The notes beneath the pieces are model-generated. The model made no database searches. It was not told the origin of the DNA and saw nothing but the letters and a program-made list of their open reading frames with translations. A stretch of DNA of 4,463 nucleotides from a virus (lineage: Duplodnaviria; Heunggongvirae; Uroviricota; Caudoviricetes), in the IMG/VR virus record IMGVR_UViG_2695420579_000010; one strand, written 5' to 3'. This document shows positions 1 through 4,463 of the stretch, piece by piece. The position numbers and the translations under genes were made by a program. The stretch's first letter is position 1, and each line of letters opens with the position of its first letter.

Positions 1-109
1 AGGGATTTCTGCACCCTCAAATCATCAGGAGACCACCCGAAAGGGCGGGGAGCAGTCACACATCTGTTTCCGATAGCCCCGTTCTAATGCTACACTCTTT
101 GATATTTTT

Positions 110-796
110 ATGACCCCAATAAACATATTTATGACAGTTGCTGATTTCAAACGGCCCAAATTGGAGCTCCCAAACGGGGCAAACAAACTACTACTGCACT
201 CTTGCTGTGCTCCATGTTCCGGTGAGGTGATGGAGGCGCTTCAGGCCTCGGGAATCGACTACACCATCTTTTTCTACAACCCGAACATTCATCCTCAGAA
301 AGAGTATTTAATTCGTAAGGATGAGAATATTCGCTTTGCTGAACAACACGGCGTGCCGTTTATTGATGCTGATTACGACACAGACAACTGGTTTGAACGA
401 GCCAAAGGAATGGAATGGGAGCCCGAACGAGGGATCCGTTGCACCATGTGTTTTGACATGCGTTTTGAGCGGACAGCGCTGTACGCCGCTGAAAATGGTT
501 TCAGTGTGATCAGCAGTTCACTGGGCATTTCACGCTGGAAAAATATGCAGCAGGTTAACGACTGTGGGCGGCGAGCCGTCGCGCATTATCCGGGCATGGT
601 GTACTGGGATTATAACTGGCGCAAGCAGGGCGGCTCGTCCCGTATGATTGAAATCAGCAAGCGCGAAAAATTCTATCAGCAGGAATATTGTGGCTGTGTG
701 TATTCTCTGCGCGATACCAATCTACACCGCAAATCTCAGGGACGCCCTCTTATCAAAATTGGTCAACTCCACTACGGTAAAGAAGAGAAGGAGTGA
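110..796 (+). CDS. queH: Epoxyqueuosine reductase QueH-like protein (DUF208 family)
   Basis: 228-aa ORF with the motifs I associate with QueH/DUF208 Fe-S enzymes: N-terminal [21 protein letters not shown], central RCTMCFDMR and C-terminal QEYCGCVYS. Stop TGA 794-796. Start is uncertain (ATG 110 or ATG 131); neither has a clear Shine-Dalgarno. Confidence 0.75.
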   Translation: MTPINIFMTVADFKRPKLELPNGANKLLLHSCCAPCSGEVMEALQASGIDYTIFFYNPNIHPQKEYLIRKDENIRFAEQHGVPFIDADYDTDNWFERAKGMEWEPERGIRCTMCFDMRFERTALYAAENGFSVISSSLGISRWKNMQQVNDCGRRAVAHYPGMVYWDYNWRKQGGSSRMIEISKREKFYQQEYCGCVYSLRDTNLHRKSQGRPLIKIGQLHYGKEEKE

Positions 797-817
797 TTTT
801 ATGGGGCACCTTTCTGA

Positions 818-847
818 TTGATTTCATATTGGCGAGGTAAGTAGAAT
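818..847 (+). promoter_or_regulatory. Candidate sigma70 promoter of the hok/mok transcript
   Basis: -35 TTGATT (818-823), 18-bp spacer, -10 TAGAAT (842-847). Predicted start near 852-855 coincides with the beginning of the 5' element that is complementary to the 3' UTR. Confidence 0.4.
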
Positions 848-851
848 GACT

Positions 852-902
852 GCGGGTGCTTGAGGCTATCTGCTTCAGGCATGAACACCAAAAGGCAGAT
901 AG
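852..902 (+). promoter_or_regulatory. hok mRNA 5' leader elements (tac-like 5' end plus stem-loop)
   Basis: GCGGGTGCTTGAGG (852-865) is the reverse complement of 1236-1251 apart from one bulged base. An 8-bp inverted repeat CTATCTGC (867-874) / GCAGATAG (895-902) follows. The layout resembles plasmid R1 hok mRNA as I recall it. Confidence 0.55.
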
Positions 903-904
903 AG

Positions 905-975
905 AAAAGCCCCAGTTAACATTACGCGTCCGGCAAGACGCTTAACATTAATCTGAGGCCAATTTCATGCTTTGC
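905..975 (-). ncRNA. sok: Candidate Sok-like antisense RNA (inferred, boundaries approximate)
   Basis: Inference only. Minus-strand -35 TTGCCT (reverse complement of 1005-1010), 17-bp spacer, weak -10 TAACCT (reverse complement of 982-987) would start an antisense transcript near 975 that covers the mok start codon at 967-969. A 5-bp hairpin lies at 926-941 on the minus strand, but there is no clean U-tract terminator. Confidence 0.25.
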
Positions 976-1179
976 ACATGTAGGTTAGCCTCTTACATGC
1001 CGAAAGGCAAGGAGAAGCAGGCTATGAAGCAGCAAAAGGCGATGTTAATCGCCCTGATCGTCATCTGTTTAACCGTCATAGTGACGGCACTGGTAACGAG
1101 GAAAGACCTCTGTGAGGTACGAATCCGAACCGGCCAGACGGAGGTCGCTGTCTTCGTAGACTACGAATCCAGGAAGTAA
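967..1179 (+). CDS. mok: Mok-like reading frame (in-frame N-terminal extension of Hok)
   Basis: 70-codon ORF beginning MLCTCR, 19 codons upstream of and in frame with hok. This is the same arrangement, with a similar N-terminus, as E. coli mokC/hokC as I recall them. Confidence 0.5.
   Translation: MLCTCRLASYMPKGKEKQAMKQQKAMLIALIVICLTVIVTALVTRKDLCEVRIRTGQTEVAVFVDYESRK
1024..1179 (+). CDS. hok: Hok/Gef family type I toxin (HokD/HokC-like)
   Basis: 51 aa, MKQQKAMLIALIVICLTVIVTALVTRKDLCEVRIRTGQTEVAVFVDYESRK: one hydrophobic transmembrane helix followed by the conserved LCE..R.G..EVA tail of Hok proteins. AAGGAG at 1009-1014 lies 9 nt before the ATG. Stop TAA 1177-1179. Confidence 0.9.
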   Translation: MKQQKAMLIALIVICLTVIVTALVTRKDLCEVRIRTGQTEVAVFVDYESRK

Positions 1180-1187
1180 GAGTGACC

Positions 1188-1215
1188 GGGCGGGGAGCTG
1201 ATCCCATCCCCGCCC
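1188..1215 (+). promoter_or_regulatory. Perfect 9-bp hairpin in the hok 3' UTR
   Basis: GGGCGGGGA (1188-1196) pairs with TCCCCGCCC (1207-1215) around a 10-nt loop. No U-tract follows, so it is a structural element rather than a terminator. Confidence 0.5.
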
Positions 1216-1235
1216 ACCTCTGATGTGTCAGGCAT

Positions 1236-1251
1236 CCTCAACGCACCCGCA
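1236..1251 (+). promoter_or_regulatory. fbi-like 3' element complementary to the hok mRNA 5' end
   Basis: CCTCAACGCACCCGCA (1236-1251) pairs with 852-865 as 6 bp plus 8 bp with a single bulged C, the long-range 5'/3' pairing described for hok mRNAs. Confidence 0.55.
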
Positions 1252-1256
1252 CTTAA

Positions 1257-1311
1257 CCCGCCCATCGCTGTGATCTCTCAGCGTTTCGGCGGGTTTTTTG
1301 TTGTTTATTTC
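1257..1311 (+). terminator. Rho-independent terminator of the hok transcript
   Basis: CCCGCC (1257-1262) pairs with GGCGGG (1288-1293), with an inner CGCTG (1266-1270) / CAGCG (1279-1283) stem, followed by TTTTTTGTTGTTTATTT. Confidence 0.65.
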
Positions 1312-1319
1312 CGGTGAAT

Positions 1320-1347
1320 TTGATTCGCGCACCTTCGCAGATAGAAT
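1320..1347 (+). promoter_or_regulatory. Candidate sigma70 promoter of the X1 unit
   Basis: -35 TTGATT (1320-1325), 16-bp spacer, -10 TAGAAT (1342-1347), immediately after the hok terminator. The same TAGAAT precedes repeat copy B at 2146-2151, where the -35 would fall inside the N gap. Confidence 0.4.
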
Positions 1348-1353
1348 CGACTC

Positions 1354-1516
1354 ACTTAAGTAGCGCGCAGGGAGAAGAGGGATGGACCCCGAACAGGGGA
1401 GAGCTATTTATCTGGAAGGATTCTGAAGATGAAAATCGAAGAATTGCGTGAAATTTTTAGTGAAAATGGCCTCTATGCTGTGCGCGTTGAGAATGGAGCG
1501 ATTGTCAGCCATTGCC
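1354..1516. repeat. Direct repeat copy A (leader, upstream small ORF, RBS and first 29 codons of X)
   Basis: Aligns without indels to 2159-2321 at an offset of 805 nt, with about 9 mismatches by eye. Begins with the palindrome ACTTAAGT (1354-1361). Confidence 0.9.
1382..1426 (+). CDS. Possible 14-codon leader ORF upstream of X1
   Basis: ATG 1382 preceded by GGAG (1371-1374) at 7-nt spacing; encodes MDPEQGRAIYLEGF; TGA 1424-1426 lies 2 nt before the X1 ATG. Speculative. Confidence 0.25.
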   Translation: MDPEQGRAIYLEGF

Positions 1517-1716
1517 GCATTAGATGTTTGCAATCTCAACAAAGGAAGAGCGGTGCTGTGTTATTTTATTTTTGTAATGGACTTCTGACGGACGGTTTTA
1601 TTTTGCGTGAGGACGAATTTGTCACATCATTACGGGTTTTGAAAGAGATTGGTTTTAAGGCTGGTTTTCTGCTTTTGCTGAAGAATAAACTCATCTACAA
1701 TCTTGAGCAGGATTGA
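1429..1716 (+). CDS. Hypothetical small protein X1 (N-terminus shared with X2, copy-specific T-rich C-terminal part)
   Basis: 95 aa; ATG 1429 with GGAAGGA (1414-1420) 8 nt upstream. Between the two repeat copies the first 29 codons differ by 4 synonymous and 2 conservative replacements, which supports this frame as coding. I do not recognise the family. Confidence 0.55.
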   Translation: MKIEELREIFSENGLYAVRVENGAIVSHCRIRCLQSQQRKSGAVLFYFCNGLLTDGFILREDEFVTSLRVLKEIGFKAGFLLLLKNKLIYNLEQD

Positions 1717-1754
1717 ACTCCTGCTGTGTAACACCGTGCCACCGGAGAAAGCCG

Positions 1755-2061
1755 ATGGCACATATACAACTGGTCAAACAAACCTCTTCCGGATTACTTC
1801 TCCCGGCGACGCCGGAGAGTTGCGATTTTCTGCATCAAATCAAAATAGGTGAGTGGATACACGCAGACTTTAAGCGTGTGTGTAACTACGCATTCCACAA
1901 GCGTTTTTTCAAACTCCTGCAACTGGGATTCGATTACTGGACTCCGGTCGGTGGGGCGATCACGCCTCGCGAACGAAAACTGGTGTCCGGTTTCGTTGAT
2001 TACCTGTGTGAATCAGTAGGCCGGGAACATACGCCAGCTCTGAGCGAAGCCGCAGAGCAAT
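1755..2061 (+). CDS. Conserved lambdoid-prophage protein, DUF1367-like (5' part only; 3' end lost in the N gap)
   Basis: ATG 1755 with GGAG (1744-1747) 7 nt upstream. Translation MAHIQLVKQTSSGLLLPATPESCDFLHQIKIGEWIHADFKRVCNYAFHKRFFKLLQLGFDYWTP resembles the DUF1367 proteins found near ninB in lambdoid phages; the family name is from memory and unverified. The ORF track starts it at TTG 1713, which I think is too early. Confidence 0.5.
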
Positions 2062-2137
2062 NNNNNNNNNNNNNNNNNNNNNNNNNNNNNNNNNNNNNNN
2101 NNNNNNNNNNNNNNNNNNNNNNNNNNNNNNNNNNNNN
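2062..2137. other. Run of 76 N (assembly gap or masked bases)
   Basis: Seen directly. True length and content are unknown, and it truncates the DUF1367-like gene. Confidence 0.95.
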
Positions 2138-2158
2138 TGCCGGAATAGAATCAAAAAT

Positions 2159-2321
2159 ACTTAAGTAGCGCGCAGGGAGAAGAGGGATGGACCCCGAACA
2201 GGGGAGTGCTATTTATCTGGAAGGATTCTGTTGATGAAAATCGAAGAATTACGTGAAATTTTTAGTGAAGATGGCCTCTATACTGTGCGCGTTGAGAATG
2301 GCGCTATTGTCAGCCACTGCC
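2159..2321. repeat. Direct repeat copy B
   Basis: Roughly 95 percent identical to 1354-1516. Starts 22 nt after the N gap and carries the same ACTTAAGT palindrome (2159-2166). Confidence 0.9.
2187..2234 (+). CDS. Possible 15-codon leader ORF upstream of X2
   Basis: ATG 2187; encodes MDPEQGSAIYLEGFC; stop TGA 2232-2234 overlaps the X2 ATG at 2234 (TGATG). Speculative. Confidence 0.25.
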   Translation: MDPEQGSAIYLEGFC

Positions 2322-2515
2322 TTCCAGACTACACAATTCTGATAATTCAGCCGTCTTTGCCAGCAGGCACGGGCGGCGCTCTCACGCATTTAAATCTGAT
2401 TGGTACCAGCATCCCCCATGCACTGAAGAACAGGCCGAATGGCTCATTCAGTGTTACCGCAGGCGCGGATGCGAGGTTAAAAAAGCCCTTAGCCTCGACT
2501 ACCGTCACTGGATAA
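2234..2515 (+). CDS. Hypothetical small protein X2 (shared N-terminus; C-terminal frame uncertain)
   Basis: ATG 2234 with GGAAGGA 8 nt upstream; 93 aa to TAA 2513-2515. After codon 29 the product is low-complexity (P/S/T/G/A-rich), and the -1 frame is also open through to 2589, so the true C-terminus may differ. Confidence 0.4.
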   Translation: MKIEELREIFSEDGLYTVRVENGAIVSHCLPDYTILIIQPSLPAGTGGALTHLNLIGTSIPHALKNRPNGSFSVTAGADARLKKPLASTTVTG

Positions 2516-2590
2516 TCTCCGTCAGGCTCCCTTACTCCGAACGGCCAACGCGTCCGTCCCGCACATTCCAGCAACGGATCTGGAGGTAAT

Positions 2591-3649
2591 GTGCGGGTAT
2601 TACTTCGACCTGTTCTGGTACCGGAACTCGGTCTGGTTATCGTTAAGCCAGGCCGTGAATCAATGTCAGCATTCCATAACGGCAGAATACTGGTGGAGCC
2701 GGAACCAAAAAGCATGCGTAATCTGCCGTCCGGGGTCGTTCCTGCCGCTCGCCAGCCGCTGGTGGAAGACAAAACATTGCTGCCGTTTTTCAGTAACGCA
2801 CGGGTGATTCGTGCTGCTGGTGGTGCTGGTGCATTGTCTGACTGGCTGTTGCGCCATATTAAATCCTGCCAGTGGCCACACGGCGATTATCATCACAGCG
2901 AAACCGTCATTCACCGTTATGGTACCGGCGCAATGGTGTTGTGCTGGCACTGCGACAACCAGCTGCGTGACCAGACATCCGAATCACTCGAGCAACTTGC
3001 TCATCAAAACCTGTCAGCATGGATGATTGACGTCATCGGTCACGCAATAAGCGGTACGCAGGAGCGTGAATTATCTCTGGCTGAATTATCCTGGTGGGCG
3101 GTCCGCAATCAGGTGGCGGACGCGCTACCGGAAGCGGTATTACGTCGTTCGCTGGGGTTGCGTGCGGAAAAAATTCGCTCTGTGTACAGTGAAAGCGACA
3201 TCATACCGGGAGAGCAGACAGCCACCAGCATACTGAAGCAGCGCACAAAAAATATTGCGTTACTGCCTCACGTCCACCAGCAACAGAACCCACCACAGGA
3301 AAAGACGGTGGTCAGCATTGCCGTTGATCCGGAGTCACCGGCTCAGTATCTCCAGCGCCAGAAATCACAACGGGAAGAGATGCCTGTATACACGCGCTGG
3401 GTAAAAACGCAGAAATGCATGACGTGTGGCAATCAGGCAGATGATCCGCATCACATCATTGGTCATGGACTGGGAGGGATGGGAACAAAGGCTGATGATT
3501 TGTTTGTTATTCCGTTATGCCGTAAATGCCGTAACGAACTACATGCCGGAGTAAAAGATTTTGAAGAGAAACACGGCAGTCAGCTGTTGTTGCTGATTCG
3601 TTTTTTAATGCACGCGAGAAATTCGGGTGTTCTGAAGTGGAAAGCATAA
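2591..3649 (+). CDS. DUF968 / YdfU-like prophage protein with Cys/His-rich modules
   Basis: 352-aa ORF from GTG 2591 with GGAGG (2582-2586) 4 nt upstream; alternative ATG at 2663. The translation resembles Qin prophage YdfU as I recall it. Contains CWHC and a C-terminal CMTCGN..HHIIGHG..CRKCRNELH motif. Stop TAA 3647-3649 abuts the rusA ATG. Confidence 0.8.
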   Translation: MRVLLRPVLVPELGLVIVKPGRESMSAFHNGRILVEPEPKSMRNLPSGVVPAARQPLVEDKTLLPFFSNARVIRAAGGAGALSDWLLRHIKSCQWPHGDYHHSETVIHRYGTGAMVLCWHCDNQLRDQTSESLEQLAHQNLSAWMIDVIGHAISGTQERELSLAELSWWAVRNQVADALPEAVLRRSLGLRAEKIRSVYSESDIIPGEQTATSILKQRTKNIALLPHVHQQQNPPQEKTVVSIAVDPESPAQYLQRQKSQREEMPVYTRWVKTQKCMTCGNQADDPHHIIGHGLGGMGTKADDLFVIPLCRKCRNELHAGVKDFEEKHGSQLLLLIRFLMHARNSGVLKWKA

Positions 3650-4030
3650 ATGACCGAGCGCATAGAATTTGTTTTACCTTACCCGCCGACGGTGAACACT
3701 TACTGGCGTCGTCGTGGCAGCACATATTTTGTATCAAAAGCCGGGGAGCGTTATCGCCGGGCAGTGGCGCTTATTGTTCGCCAGCAGCGGCTGAAATTAA
3801 GCCTGTCCGGAAGGTTGGCAATAAAAATTATTGCAGAACCACCGGATAAGCGCCGCCGTGACCTGGACAATATTCTGAAAGCGCCGCTGGATGCGCTGAC
3901 GCATGCGGGGTTGCTAATGGACGATGAGCAGTTTGATGAAATCAATATCGTTCGTGGTCAGCCAGTATCTGGTGGACGTCTGGGGGTGAAGATTTACCCC
4001 ATAATGCATGAAGAGCAGGTCAAAAAATGA
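3650..4030 (+). CDS. rusA: Crossover junction endodeoxyribonuclease RusA (Holliday junction resolvase)
   Basis: 126 aa with RusA hallmarks: N-terminal LPYPPTVNTYW, the acidic catalytic region RRRDLDNILKA..DAL..AGLLMDDEQ. Its stop overlaps the Q start (ATGA at 4027-4030). Confidence 0.9.
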   Translation: MTERIEFVLPYPPTVNTYWRRRGSTYFVSKAGERYRRAVALIVRQQRLKLSLSGRLAIKIIAEPPDKRRRDLDNILKAPLDALTHAGLLMDDEQFDEINIVRGQPVSGGRLGVKIYPIMHEEQVKK

Positions 4031-4463
4031 AACTGGAAGATTTACCGAAATACTACTCCCCAAAATCCCCCGGCCTGACTGATGCATCGGCCTCAACGTC
4101 GAAAGATGCGCTGAGTATCACTGATGTGATGGCCGCGCAGGGCATGACACAGAATCGGGCTGAGATGGGGGTTTCTGCGTTCCTTGGGAAAATGGGCATT
4201 AGTATGAATGACAGAGAGCGGGCAACAGAATTGCTGACAGAATATGCACTCAGTCGGTGTGATCGCGTGGCGGCGTTAAGAAAACTCCCGGCAGAAATAA
4301 AACCGGCAGTGATGCGTATTATGGCTTCGTATGCGTTTGAAGATTATGCCCGTAGCGCGGCGAGCAAAAAACAGTGCCCCTGCTGTCACGGAAAAAAATT
4401 TATTGAAAGCGAGGTTTTTACAAACAAGATCCAGTATCCGGATGGTAAGCCGCCGGTATGGGC
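4027..4463 (+). CDS. Antitermination protein Q (partial; 3' end beyond the window)
   Basis: Open frame from ATG 4027 to the window end, not in the ORF track because it has no stop. Translation starts MKLEDLPKYYSPKSPGLTDASAS and reaches a CPCCHGKKF zinc-finger-like motif. Sits in the canonical position after rusA in lambdoid late-regulatory regions. Confidence 0.8.
   Translation, partial: MKLEDLPKYYSPKSPGLTDASASTSKDALSITDVMAAQGMTQNRAEMGVSAFLGKMGISMNDRERATELLTEYALSRCDRVAALRKLPAEIKPAVMRIMASYAFEDYARSAASKKQCPCCHGKKFIESEVFTNKIQYPDGKPPVW

Noticed and set aside
1-109. Possible 3' tail of an upstream gene, or a queH promoter with a TACACT -10-like hexamer at 91-96
   Set aside because: Every frame is short and featureless within the window, and no convincing -35 partner was found; it cannot be supported from 109 nt.
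321-509. 62-aa + strand ORF
   Set aside because: Lies entirely inside the QueH-like gene in another frame, with no RBS and a low-complexity product.
1960-2154. 64-aa minus-strand ORF spanning the N run
   Set aside because: Most of its codons are N; it is an artefact of the gap.
1713-2236. Track start codons TTG 1713 and TTG 2231
   Set aside because: The ATGs at 1755 and 2234 have properly spaced Shine-Dalgarno sequences. TTG 1713 overlaps the X1 stop, and TTG 2231 would only add one residue.
2347-2772. 141-aa minus-strand ORF
   Set aside because: Antisense to the X2/DUF968 region; the R/G/S/T/P-rich product is typical of a spurious ORF in GC-rich DNA, and it spans an intergenic junction.
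2589-3026. Alternative-frame + ORFs (2589-2807, 2811-3026) and minus ORF 2666-2950
   Set aside because: All are nested within or antisense to the DUF968 gene, whose frame gives a long product with conserved Cys/His motifs.
3507-4096. Minus-strand ORFs 3507-3737, 3751-3945, 3914-4096 and + ORF 3637-3849
   Set aside because: They overlap the strongly supported DUF968, rusA and Q genes in other frames or on the other strand, with no independent support.
1-4463. tRNA, CRISPR array, integrase/att site or IS element
   Set aside because: I looked for cloverleaf-like segments, regularly spaced short repeats and terminal inverted repeats and found none; the only repeat is the 163-bp direct repeat reported above.

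Overview
This window reads as part of a lambdoid prophage (nin-to-Q region) from an E. coli-like enterobacterium, with every supported gene on the + strand. Nothing was searched; all family assignments come from reading the translations and from memory of those families. In order: a QueH-like epoxyqueuosine reductase (DUF208) cargo gene (110-796); a self-contained hok/mok type I toxin locus with its own promoter, 5'/3' long-range complementarity and terminator (about 818-1311); a promoter, leader and small gene X1 (1429-1716); a DUF1367-like gene that runs into a 76-nt run of N (2062-2137); a second, roughly 95 percent identical copy of the leader and first 29 codons of X fused to a different C-terminus (X2, 2234-2515); a DUF968/YdfU-like protein (2591-3649); RusA resolvase (3650-4030); and the 5' part of antiterminator Q (4027 to window end). 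The most interesting signals are the diverged 163-bp direct repeat that swaps C-termini and downstream genes (or marks a mis-join at the gap), a tRNA-modification gene in a phage context, an apparently intact hok module, and a region upstream of DUF968 where two reading frames stay open across an A_AAA_AAG heptamer. I found no tRNA, CRISPR array, integrase or IS element, and I cannot point to a single clearly novel multi-gene system; the X module is the best candidate for something undescribed.
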